From Octopus sinensis (taxonomy: Eukaryota): a DNA stretch of 64,000 nt. The notes beneath the pieces are model-generated. The model was not told the origin of the DNA, did no database searches, and saw only the letters and a program-made list of their open reading frames with translations. The stretch lies in NCBI RefSeq assembly GCF_006345805.1, contig NC_043006.1:27404001-27468000 (forward strand), given 5' to 3'. A program made the translations under genes and the position numbers. Shown one piece after another: positions 39,522 to 51,670 of the stretch; the stretch's first letter is position 1; every line of letters begins with the position of its first letter.

Positions 39522-39758
39522 CTTGATCCATGCCATAAAAACTGTAACAGCAATTGCATTATTGAAATGTGTTTGGCAGAATGCAAGGAACTGAAAATCT
39601 GAATATTTATTACTGGATGAAAGTAACTGGTTAAGTTTATCGCCAACAGCACTGGTTCTGTAGACATTGAATGCAATACATAAAACAGATATGAAAATCA
39701 CCAACATATCAAGAATATTCCAGAAGCATTTGAAATAAGATAACTTGTGTTTCTTGAT
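39522..39758 (-). CDS. PKD2: PKD2 exon (S3-S4): IKKHKLSYFKCFWNILD...NNAIAVTVFMAWIK
   Basis: ttttgcag acceptor, AAG/GTAAGA donor, 237 nt, phase 0-0. Confidence 0.95.
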
Positions 39759-40634
39759 CTGCAAAATCAAAGACAAAAAACAGCACAATGAAAAAGTTAT
39801 AATTAATTATTTATTTTTGGAGAAATCATTAATTTATTCCAAGTATTATTATACATTTACAGTTACAGAATCTACATTATAACAGAATTGAGGTTATTGC
39901 TGTTGTTGTTTAGTCCAAGGTCAGGTCTGATCCCGTAGCCCTCTGATCAGAACGACCGAAAACCTGACAGAAATACATACATGGTTGAACAATATTTAAG
40001 AAGAGTATTACTGTATCATTAATATCATTTATTAATTGGAGTTTATGAGTTTTCTTGTTTTCTGTAGGTGTGGCTGTGTGTTTAAGAAGTTTACTTCTCA
40101 ACCACATAGTTTTGGGTTCAATCCCACAGCTTGGCACCATAGCTAAGAGTCTTTTACTCAATCCCAGGGCTGACCAAAACCTTGGGAGTGGATTTGCTAG
40201 ATAAAAACCAAAAGAAACCTATCATATATGTATGTGTGCATGTGTGTGTGTGCGTGTGTCTCCTTGTCTTGACATTGCATGATAACTGTAAATGAGTGTC
40301 ACTGTTATTCAAGTGGTGTCATTCATTTCCAGTATTCAATGTAAACATATCTAGCCATGGGAAAATATTACCATGATTGAAACAGGTGGGGGTTGGCCAC
40401 AGGAAAAGAGTCAGTTTGCAGAAAATCTGCCAAAATAAATTCTGCCTAACCCATGCAAGCATGGAAAAGTGGATGTTAAAAAGATGATGATTCAAAATGA
40501 AGTGCAAAATTGAAACTTTTGTTACTGATTTAGGGAAAAAATATGTGTGACAATTTTGAGTATTGCCAATAGAAAAGTGTATAATAGAAACTGCGCAGAA
40601 CGAAGTAAATTAATATATATATATATATATATAC

Positions 40635-40797
40635 CTCAATAGTTTCTTCAATGATGTAATACAATATGAAGAGAACAAAAATTGCTTCACAGGCCATCAC
40701 AAAATAATCCAGACTATTCACATATCGGATAAGTTTGACACTTGCAATTCTCCATGATGAAAGTGCACCACCAGTTGCAGGGAACTCAACAACCAGT
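40635..40797 (-). CDS. PKD2: PKD2 exon (TOP end/S2): [54 protein letters not shown]
   Basis: ttccag acceptor, GAG/GTATAT donor, 163 nt, phase 2-0; EFPATGG motif. Confidence 0.93.
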
Positions 40798-42452
40798 CTG
40801 GAAATAACAAAACATTTACATTAACTATACAAAATATTGTTCATTAATTTGAAAATAACAGCAACAAGTAACACAAATTTGACTTCACAGGAATAAAGAA
40901 ATCATTACATAAACAGTTTCTTTAATTCTGAATGTTCAACTAGACAGCAATGAAAAACATACACAGATGAGTATATGTTTTCAACTGCTATTTAGTATGT
41001 GGCTGGAAATTATAACTAAGCTTTAGCAATTCTCAAATGGAAAAATAGCTTTTTATATCTTTAAACCTTTCAATACCGGTCCGTCTGAGATTGCCTCTAA
41101 TTCTATGAACAAAACTATCTATTTTAAGTACTCAAATATAAATTGAAACATTCTTTTATAATTTAATCCTAAAACCTTTTGTTAGGCCACATTCCAAACA
41201 TCAGCTTAATAGTGATAAAGTCAGGTAATTTAATAAAATTCCTTAAAATTTTTTATTAATTTTTAAAAGATTTAAATCATTCAAACAACGCATCTTATTG
41301 AAAATGTAATCATGAAAGGGTCAATTGATGATATAATGTATCTGATAAAGTAGAGAATGTAAAATGGACACAAATGGTGCCAAAGAATATGTCCAAACAA
41401 TAGCACAGTGATACAAATTTTGAGGAAGAGTATAGATTAATTAGATTAACCCTAGTTCTAAACTGGTACCTAATTTATCCATCTTGGTAAAATGAAAGGC
41501 AAAGCTGATCCAGACAAATTCTGAACTGAGGTTTAGAGAGGCATAACTAAAACTACCAAAAAGCATTTTGTCTACCAACCACTCAACTAATTACGCCAAT
41601 CCAAATACCAAACCAAGAATTTTACAGCACCGAATATATATCTTTCTTTATAAGTCTAAATTGCTTGCTCTGGAGACATGTCTTCTGAAATTTATGCCTC
41701 TCCTAAAGACAATGTTGTTTAGAAAAACAGCCAGACAAGATAAAGTTTTGGTTAAGTTAGTATTGACATATTTAATGTATCAAGCATTAAAAAGTTAAAC
41801 TAGAAATATTTTTAAAAATCAGTTTGGTTATTTTCAATGTTTTCAACATGAGAAATAACAACAGTGTTAAATGCAGTAATTAAGGGAAATATTAGAGGTT
41901 AGTTAACATTATTCTCTAGCTGAGCAAGTAATATAAGTAACTCAAAACAATTCCTTCAATGGTGGAAGTATAGCTTTTACAATTGCTTGCTGAAGGAGAT
42001 ATTATTTCATAAGTTTATGATTTTTAATTTAATTTCTACCATAGTACACAGTTTTTCATTCCTCTAGTATAATAACAGAAGATAAATGATAAAACATAGA
42101 CTGTATGTGTTATCTTTAACTTGTCAGTCATTTACAAATGCTCTGTTACCACCTTATGTCATTGAATCTACTCAGTCTGTTCAATAGTATAAACCATGAA
42201 AGGACTTGCATCACAGAACTTATGGTTACACAAAAGTAAAAATTATACTGTGACTACTGTTATTGGTCTTACTAAAAGCCACTGATTAATGCTAATCAAT
42301 GAAATCTGTGGTGACTAGTTAAACTGGAGCTATTTTTTCATAAAATGTTCCATAATATTAGTTTAGTCTATTAGAACTAGAATCTTCAGCTGGAAAAGAA
42401 AAACATCAGAAATAAAAAATAAACATCATGAAAATTTAAGGTTGAAACTTAC

Positions 42453-42677
42453 CTCATAACACAAAAGAGATTTATGTTGGCATTGTAGACCGTGAAGTCA
42501 ATAAAGAGGACTCTCGTTCCACGATCAATCCACAAGTTATCAAAAAGAGCAGTTACAAATTTCAGTGAAACGTTCTTAGTTTTGCCTAAATCTTGTACAA
42601 AACCACCAGTACCATATGTTTCTAACTGGCCCCAATGTGAAGTCCCATCCAGTTCATCTTTGGTACGATAGATGAAC
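42453..42677 (-). CDS. PKD2: PKD2 exon (TOP domain): FIYRTKDELDGTSHWG...WIDRGTRVLFIDFTVYNANINLFCVM
   Basis: tttgatag acceptor, AG/GTAAGT donor, 225 nt, phase 2-2. Confidence 0.96.
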
Positions 42678-42944
42678 CTATCAAAAGACAAGATTAAGAG
42701 TCAATAGTAACTTTCATAATAACATGGAAAATAAATCTAGCAAACTATATATATTTAGTGTATGCTAAAGGGGGTTCCCTGATACGGTAAGATAAAAATA
42801 TTAAATAAAAATCCATTATCTATAGAAAGTGCTTAAATAGTATAGTAAGAATACCTCCTAATATATTACATACATATATATATATATATATAATATATAT
42901 ATATATACACAGACACACACACATATAATATATCAATAATATAG

Positions 42945-43340
42945 ATCTATTGAGTCAAGTTCATCAACATCAAAATAAAAATTGTATGGATATTGCAGTT
43001 GTGATACCCGCACCGGTGGCACGTAGGACCTCACAGAGGAAATGACGAAGACTGAGACCTCTTAGATATGTTGTGACTGTGAAGACCCGACAAATGAAGT
43101 GAGTTCATGGCTCGCAGGACGGCCTGCTGTGCTAACCTTGGATCGTAGAGTGACCCACTGTTCTTGAGGAGACCTATTGAGTCACGTACGTTAACACCAA
43201 CATCAAAATGAAAATCAAATGAAAATTGTAGTTAAGATACTCATGCTCGTGACACGTTAAAAGCAGCGTCCGAAAATGGCAGATGCCAGCGCCGCCTGAC
43301 TGGCATCCGTGTCAGTGACATGTAAAAGCACCAACTGATC
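42945..43340 (+). mobile_element. RTE ORF2-end/3' UTR pieces in the opposite orientation to the adjacent RTE
   Basis: cctcacagaggaaatgac..gagacc and gagacctattgagtca..aaattgtagtt in plus sense, as at 61375-61580. Confidence 0.7.
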
Positions 43341-43344
43341 GTGG

Positions 43345-44385
43345 CATATCTCACGCACGGCATATTTCCAAAGGTCTCGGTCACTAGTCATTTCCTTGGT
43401 GAGGCCTAAAGTTCAAAGGTCGTGCTTCACCACTTCATCCCAGGTCTTCCTTGGTCTACCTCTTCCACAGGTTCCCTCAACCACTAGGGTGTGGCACTTT
43501 TTCACACAGCTGTCCTCGTCCATTCTTGCCACATGACCATACCAGTGCAGTCGTCTCTCTTGCACACCACATCTGATGCTGCTTAGGTCCAACATTTCTC
43601 TCAAGGTACCTACATTCTGTCGAGTATGCACACTGACATTACACATCCATTGGAGCATACTGGCTTCATTCCTTGTGAGCTTACGCATGTCCTCAGCTGT
43701 CACAACCCATGTTTCACTGCCATGTAGCATGGCTGTTCATACATAAGCGTCATACAGTCTGCCTTTTACTCTGAGCGAGAGGCCCTTTGTCACCAGCAGA
43801 GGTAAGAGCTCTCTGAACTTTGCCTGGGCTATTCTTATTCTAGCAGCTACACTTTCAGTACACCCGCCCCCGCAACTGACTTGGTCACCTAGGTAACGGA
43901 AGCTATCAACTACTTCTAGTTTTTCTCCCTGGAATGTGGCGGAAGTTGGTCTCATCAGCATAGAGGAGCTCCCAGGGGCATCCTATCTTGAATTCCTCCA
44001 TTATTGCCTGGAGGACTATGATAAATAGGAGGGGGCTGAGGACTGAACCTTGGTGGACCCCAACCTCTACCCTGAATTCTTCAGTGTATTCATTGCCAAC
44101 CCTCACCTTACTTACAGCATCCCTGTACATGGCTTGCACAGCTCTCACTAACCATTCATCTATCCCTAGTTTCCTCATTGACCACCAGATAAGGGATCGG
44201 GGGACCCTGCCAAAGGCTTTCTCCATGTCAATGAAAGCCAGGTACAGGGGATTATCTTTGGTTAGGTATTTCTCCTGTAGCTGTCTTACCAGAAACATGG
44301 CATCAGTTGTGCTTTTCCCTGGCATGAAACCAAACTGCATCTCATCCAAGCTGACTCTCTCCCTAATTAGTTGGGCTATGACCCT
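43345..44385 (-). mobile_element. 5'-truncated RTE LINE (RT and C-terminus, internal deletion after YAD)
   Basis: QFGFMPGKSTTDA, DMEKAF, GVHQGSVLSPLLF, LLYAD, FRYLG, LHGSETW, GRGRPRKTW. Confidence 0.95.
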
Positions 44386-44422
44386 CTATATATATATGTA
44401 TATACATATGTATGTATGTATG

Positions 44423-44464
<42 letters not shown>

Positions 44465-45152
44465 TATATATATAAGCATCATATATATATACATGGATAT
44501 AGGTTGAAAATATGTGGAAAGCATATATAAAAAGTGGAAGAGACATGCCTTTGTTTCATATAGTTTAGTATCTTTTTGTAAAGAAATTATTTTTAAATAT
44601 ATACATATTTTATGGATGTAGTAATATCCAACCAGTTTTTGCTATTTAAATTAGCTTTTGAAGGGACATTGTGAAGTAATCAATTCTTGTGTCAAAGGGG
44701 TCTCAGAAGACAATATATGCAGTGTATGTAGAAAGTATTGTAATAGTATGATAGATCATAATAGAGCACCTTTTTGATATCATTTAGACGCAAGTCAGCC
44801 TTAATCAAGCTGATCTATAAGCAAGATTGTTCCAGATGTCACCAATCCATTCTCAATTTAGACATAATGCATGCAAGTTTGCATTATAGTTGTTTTACAG
44901 GTTTTTTTTTCTATCTCACAATGGAGTGTGATTTTGGAGAGATTAGGCTTTTACTTCAACCTGGTTGACTGACTATGAGAAACATTGACTCAATTCTAAA
45001 ATATATGGGTCTATGACAGTATACCTCAAAATGGCTTTTGTGCATAAATCTATTTGAAGATTTACTAAGAGTGAGAAACTATCTAGCAGTACAATTACAT
45101 ATTAAAATCTTTTACAATAAATTTGAGTGTAAAACAATAAGTCTGAACATAC

Positions 45153-45412
45153 GCTTTTGCAATGTCTGTTGGGGGATTTGCACCAAATGTTTCGTGGTCT
45201 TCGTTGTTCTCAGAATAAGCATCATAACAGGTTTTGATTGTGTTCTTGAAGTCTGAATGAACAATACAGGAATCATTCCGTACTCTTAACTGTCGCATTC
45301 GAGGTAAGCCAAGTAATTTGTTTTCATAATAGATGAATCTTTCACCAACAATTGGTTCTTCATTATACCATTTCTCCCAGTAAAGAGAATCCATCAATGG
45401 CCCTTTTGTAAA
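45153..45412 (-). CDS. PKD2: PKD2 exon (TOP domain): [17 protein letters not shown]...[21 protein letters not shown]...TDIAK
   Basis: tttgctag acceptor, GC/GTATGT donor, 260 nt, phase 0-2; conserved TOP-domain Cys pair. Confidence 0.95.
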
Positions 45413-46298
45413 CTAGCAAACAGAAAAAAAGGATATGTTCTATTATTATATACACACACATATATAATACAATATGGCACAAGAGGACAACAAAGGAACA
45501 CAGAAAACAGGAAAGAACACACAATGTATACCCCTCTTCAGTTACCAACCAAAATTCATCATAATTTTGATACCATATCAATAATACTGTTCCATTTACA
45601 GCATCAGTACACATATATATGGAAGCAAAACATGGAATCATAGAATTGAAGGGCCTTAAAGTAAACTAAACCAGGACTAAAGTTATGACAAGTGGTAAAA
45701 CAAAGCAAAGTTTTGATACTGTCAGAGCAAAGGTCATGTTTGGTATGCAGAAGAGGAGGTACAAACTCTTTACAATGTGCCCAGTCTAAACAATGAACAC
45801 ACAAGAGGTTTAGGGAGATCATAGATAAACTAACAACAAAGGCAGCTTTCATATGTACCTGGTGTACAGGGGTATCCAGCACAGAATATACTTAGGGTAT
45901 AGATTCTCTCAACTATTCAGAAGTTTCCCTAGTAGTAGTCAATAGTTTTGATATTCAAGTGACGTAAATGGCAGCAGTGTTGGATGCTCTGGAAGCATAG
46001 CTGCCAGAGTAAGAATTCTTTTGCAAGCAACTAAGAGATTCTCCCTCAGGATGAAGGGTAGATTGTATGATATTTGTGTGCAAATGTGCAAAACAGCTGT
46101 GCTACATAGTAGTGATATGTGGACTCTGAATATAAATCTCCTGTTTTGATATTATTACACTGCAAAGAATATTTTTCAGCATTTTTAACTCTTATGCATA
46201 CTTCACACAAATATAATATCTACATACAGATTTGGAATACTGAAATAAATACGTGCTCCAAGAGGACACACCTTGGATTTTAACCCCATCAACATAAT

Positions 46299-46330
<32 letters not shown>

Positions 46331-46469
46331 GTATGCTTAAACTGGCAATATGACCATTCCGAAATATAACAATATATATATATATATATAATCTTTTATT
46401 TGCTTCAGCTAAAGGCTGGAGCCATACTGGAGAACTGTCTTTCAGTGTAATTGGGTTTCTTTTCTATAT

Positions 46470-46860
46470 TGTTTCTGGTGAAGTAATAAGTTGGATTCCA
46501 TGGCACGATGTGGGTTCATCTGGTATCTCAGATAAAAATTTGTCCAAACATTCTTTGAAGGCCTCCATATCTACACTTTGCAAATCTCTGACGTTGTTTG
46601 GCGAAATGTTGAACAATTATGAACCCTTGAGTCCCAAGCTGATGCAGTACTGGGTTTTTAATATAGATAGAGAGAACCGGATCTTTGGTACTGTGTAGTG
46701 CCATCCAGTTCAATAGTTGTTATAGCTTCCAATTCCAAAGTCAGAGCTAGACCTTCCGGAGACCTCCATGTGTATATCATTGTACATCTTTCACATCATC
46801 TCTCCAGGGAGTACAGGTGTAGTTGCTTTAGCCTCTCCTAGTTGTTCATCTGTTGCACTG
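46470..46860 (-). mobile_element. CR1/Jockey-group LINE 3' relic
   Basis: Frameshifted GWHYTVPKI / LGTQGFIIVQHFAKQ region resembling the ..KLFNILP..FK..LDKFL..PDEP LINE C-terminus. Confidence 0.45.
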
Positions 46861-46869
46861 AGTCAATCT

Positions 46870-46922
46870 CTATATATAAATGTACATATTGTGTGTGTAT
46901 TATATGTATATAATATATATAT

Positions 46923-46956
<34 letters not shown>

Positions 46957-47051
46957 ACATATATATATATATACACATACATATATATATATATATATTA
47001 CACATACAATATATATATATATATATACACATAACATATATATATATATAT

Positions 47052-47090
<39 letters not shown>

Positions 47091-47140
47091 CATATATATA
47101 TATATATATATATTATACACATACATATATATATATATAT

Positions 47141-47189
<49 letters not shown>

Positions 47190-47209
47190 CATATTATATA
47201 TATATATAT

Positions 47210-47295
<86 letters not shown>

Positions 47296-47363
47296 TATAA
47301 TACACATACATATATATATATATACACATACATATATATATATATATATAATATATATATATA

Positions 47364-47402
<39 letters not shown>

Positions 47403-47414
47403 CATATATATATA

Positions 47415-47463
<49 letters not shown>

Positions 47464-47688
47464 CACATACATATATCATCATCATCATCGTCGTTTAACG
47501 TCCGTTCTCCATGCTAGCATGGGTTGGACGGTTCGACCGGGGTTTGGAAGCCAGAAGGCTGCACCAGGCTCCAGTCTAATTGGCATATATATATATATAT
47601 ATAATACATACATACATATATATAATTATATATATATATCATACACACACACACACATATATATATATATACATATACACCACACACA

Positions 47689-47737
<49 letters not shown>

Positions 47738-47860
47738 TACATATATATATATACATCATCATCATCGTTTAACATCATTTTCAATGCTAGCATGGGTTGG
47801 ACGGTATATATATATATATATATGTTACGTATGTTATGCATGCATACATATTATGTATGT
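46870..47860. repeat. (TA)n/(TACACA) microsatellite field with two minus-strand RTE tails
   Basis: Directly visible; tails at 47475-47585 and 47755-47805. Confidence 0.95.
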
Positions 47861-47954
47861 TATGCATACATGCATAACAAGATAAAAAAATAAATAAATA
47901 AAATAGTGAAACAAGCAAGTAAACCAAGAAAAGATAATACACGAGGAAACCTAC

Positions 47955-48082
47955 TTTCCAGACATCATTGACTGTGGTTATAGTTCTGAAGCTGCCACCA
48001 CCAGAATATGTAGAATCAATAAATAGATCAGTCATGGCCTTGGTGTAGTAATACATAGATGTGCTTGTCATTCCAAATGTAA
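47955..48082 (-). CDS. PKD2: PKD2 exon: (I)TFGMTSTSMYYYTKAMTDLFIDSTYSGGGSFRTITTVNDVWK
   Basis: tcttctag acceptor, AAA/GTAGGT donor, 128 nt, phase 1-0. Confidence 0.94.
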
Positions 48083-48113
48083 CTAGAAGATAAAATCAAA
48101 AATATATTTGCAA

Positions 48114-48211
48114 TTAAACATGCACAGAACTACATGGTGATCCAGTGTAGTAATACACAGATGTACTTGTCATTCCAAATGTGACTAGAAAATAAGGTCA
48201 AATACATTTTC
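48114..48211 (-). pseudogene. Tandem partial duplicate of the acceptor and first 14 codons of exon 47955-48082
   Basis: ttttctag/TC ACA TTT GGA ATG ACA AGT ACA TCT GTG TAT TAC TAC ACT versus tcttctag/TT ACA TTT GGA ATG ACA AGC ACA TCT ATG TAT TAC TAC ACC; in-frame TAA at 48114-48116. Confidence 0.85.
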
Positions 48212-49616
48212 TCAAATGTACACTAAACTGCCTACTTTACCAACTTTTTCCTGATACCACTTATCTTCCTTGATGTTTCACTTGATAACCAAACTTCATT
48301 CTTAATATTTTCCCTCTCCATTCACATTTTACATTGACCATTCTCATGTGCCATCAAATCATCTCTCCTCTGCCACCATACATCTCTCACTCACCCCATA
48401 CACTACACCTGCCTCTACCTCCTACACTCTTGCAACCTACCCAACCAAATGCCATGTCATCTCTCTGTCTCTCTCTTTCTCCAATTCATGTGTATCATTG
48501 GTCACACCCATCCCTTATCCACTACTCAACCCTATCCAGTCTCTACAGTTGTCACCTATTCTTCCCTACATATCATCCTTCAACACTTGATCCTTATATA
48601 TTATATTCACCCCACTCAGTTATTTCTCCATTTATATCAACTCCTCACTTTCCTCATACACTCTTGCAACCCCTATCTACCTAGACTCTCTATTATTCGG
48701 CCCCCACTCACTTCTACTTACCTAGAGGGTCCACCCTGACCACTACTTTTATCTCGTTAGCTCCCCATCGGTTATTGCTACCAATGCTTCAACAATGTTA
48801 GTAGCCATGTAGTCCCTCTACAGTGAGGAGGAGGAGGAGGACACGTTCTCAATTAGTACCTATGTGATAATAAAAACACCACAGAAAATTTTTTATCTTC
48901 TTTTAATACCATTGACCTATCCATCATCTATGGAAGGCAGTGGGGAGGGGGTGTCAAAATTCAAACTGATGAAACAATCATCAGTCATACAGTGTTCCCA
49001 CTGTTGTGAATATATTTATGGCTAGGTAGACAAAGATATAACTTAGTCTTATAGTAATACATAGTTTTAAGGCTATAATATGCTGTTGTTTGTATACATG
49101 TTTGCAGGGAGTTTGAAAACATTGTGTAATGAATACATAACAACTTAGTTTCATTGAACAGCATCAATATATTTTTACTGCTCATATCAGATAAATAGTG
49201 GAGTCTCTCTCTCTCTCCCACTCACTCACTTGCTGTCAGGAGGAAATTGGCTGTGGACAGATCTGAGGAGGGACAAGTTCTACTAGTATAAACACCCAAA
49301 ACTCACTATATATCATGAGAGTGCTCCTATAACACCATCAGAAGTAGTGTTCCTAGGACACCATCAGAGTCCAAGAAAGAAAGAACTTCATTTTTAACCT
49401 ATACCATGAACTGTGTCTTCCCTCAAGTTCCTCTATATCTAATACAATAGTTGCTGCTTCTCTGAACTAGCAACTATGTATCAAAATCCATTCAATGCAC
49501 CCACCTCTTTATTGCCATCACTCCAGATGTACAATCCAACAAGAGGCCAGCTATTGTATTAATTATAGCAGCTAAATTTCCCTGTAACATGTTATCATCT
49601 TCAAAACAGAAACAAT

Positions 49617-50025
49617 ATGCCAGACAAGGTAGTCCTTGACGTACAAAATAGTGAGATGGTCACATCTAGAATACCTTTTATCATAGCTCTTCTTGATTAA
49701 GGTTCACCTGATGCTAAACAACAATGTCAACAAGAACAGGACTTATGACCCTTGCCAATCTTCTCACATGGATGAGGTTGGTACAACCAAATTTAAGCTT
49801 AAGCTTCTGTAAGTTGCCAACAGAGTTCCAAAATATTTGCGTTGTGGAGGAGAAAGGATGGGAAAGTATTTAAGTATGGGGTCTGAGTAAGAAAGGTAGA
49901 ATAGAGATTGTTGACATTGTTGTATAGCACCAGGTGAAACTTGATCAAAAATAGCTATGATAAAAAGACATTCTAGATGTGACCATCTCACTATTTTGTA
50001 TGTCAAGAACTACTCTGTTTGGTAT
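49617..50025. repeat. Long inverted repeat, arms about 115 bp (49617-49733 and 49908-50025), spacer about 174 bp
   Basis: tacaaaatagtgagatggtcacatctagaat..ttttatcatagct..ttcacctg.tgcta.acaacaatgtcaacaa versus its reverse complement; roughly 85-90% identity by eye. Confidence 0.92.
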
Positions 50026-51670
50026 GTCCTTCCATTACTGGAAGTAATGAAATGAAATAAAAGGGGAAAAAGCTTGTAACAATGCAGTAAGTTTTACAAA
50101 AAACCCTTTATATTTCTTAGTGCCTGAGATATAATGGGGCTTTATAAAACATTTTGCATTGATAGAAGCTTTCATTATTTCTCTTTTCTATTTTTGGACT
50201 ACAATGCTTCAAGTGAACTACAACATTCTTAATGAAATAAAGATACCTGACAGAATGAGTGAGGAAATAGCTAGAACCTGCTAGAAATAGCAATGACATT
50301 TCCCTTAAATCACAAATAAAGAATTCAGTAAAATAATTTTGCTGCTACTAATCTTATGTTTGGAACATGAGTTAAAATGAAATTTTGATGGAAAGTTTTA
50401 ATTTTGATTACTTTATAGTAGCCATTCTACTTTACTTTCGTTGCTAAAGCCTTTGAAGAAAACATGAAATTCACATTGTCACAGTTTCATTACCTCATGA
50501 ATCTGATGCCTTATGACTTCATAAGTAACCAATATTTGAGACTAGGAAAGCAGATAGTTTGGAACAGATGGTGTAGAACAAGAGGCTTAATAAAACCAAA
50601 ATACAGAAATTACCAAAGATTGAACACCCCACAAAATGGATCCCTCCCATTCCATCTTTAATCAATTTGGATTTTGGAATTGTTTCCCTTGTCCTTTTAA
50701 ACAAGAGTTGTTATTAATACTAATGTAGTTCTTTTGTTACAGATGTAATTTTCTTGTACTGTCTACTTAGTTAGTTGCCTAATAATTCGGAGTTTAAATA
50801 GAATTAGAGCTCACTCTGTGCCTTCTTTATATCCAAAATCAATATATTTAGTAAAAAACGATATACTGAAATTCAATGAATCAACTTTAACAAAAGTCCT
50901 TCTTGTCTCACAAATATGGTCCCTGAGTATAAGAAGGAAATAAATATTTGTCACAAGATATGAATTATTGATAAACAATTTTACTCTCTACCAATTTCAC
51001 ATTGCCATGACATATATTTGAAAAAAGATCAAAATATCACTGGCTGCAGATAAATCCATACACAAAGCAATATAGATATTTATGGAAAACACCTGGACAG
51101 TAAGTAAGCAGTTGATTGAGAAATCAATGAGTCCAACATTATAACTAAGCAACAAAGCAATGAATTTAATCTCATCATTCATGTTTATTTACTCCAGCCA
51201 GTCTCTGAAAAATCTTTATGTGAATATGAGACTCATGATAATCATGAGTTAATAATTTTTTCAAATAAATATTAATTCCTTATAAATAACAAATCCCCCA
51301 GGATTTTAAGGAAAGGCACAAGATTGTGAGATGTTCATACCTTTCTACCAGGCATTAATAAACAGTTTAAACAAGGTTTCAATTAAATAGCTTCAATCTG
51401 GAATCTAAATGGTAGGGGGTCACATACTCAGTTGGGTGATAGCGTACTTCTGCTTTATGCAAATAAAAAGCATATTTATTTAAGATTTATTGGTTAAACA
51501 TTTTACCCTGTTACTGCATAAGTTTGGTATAAACTACAAATGATCTTAATCTCAAGTCAACCTCAGGGATATTGTCCATTCAGGAGGTAAGCTACATTGC
51601 ATTAATAAAATATTCTTATTGTTTAGCTGCAGGTCAACTCTAATTGAGAAGACCTGTGAGCAAAGGCATC

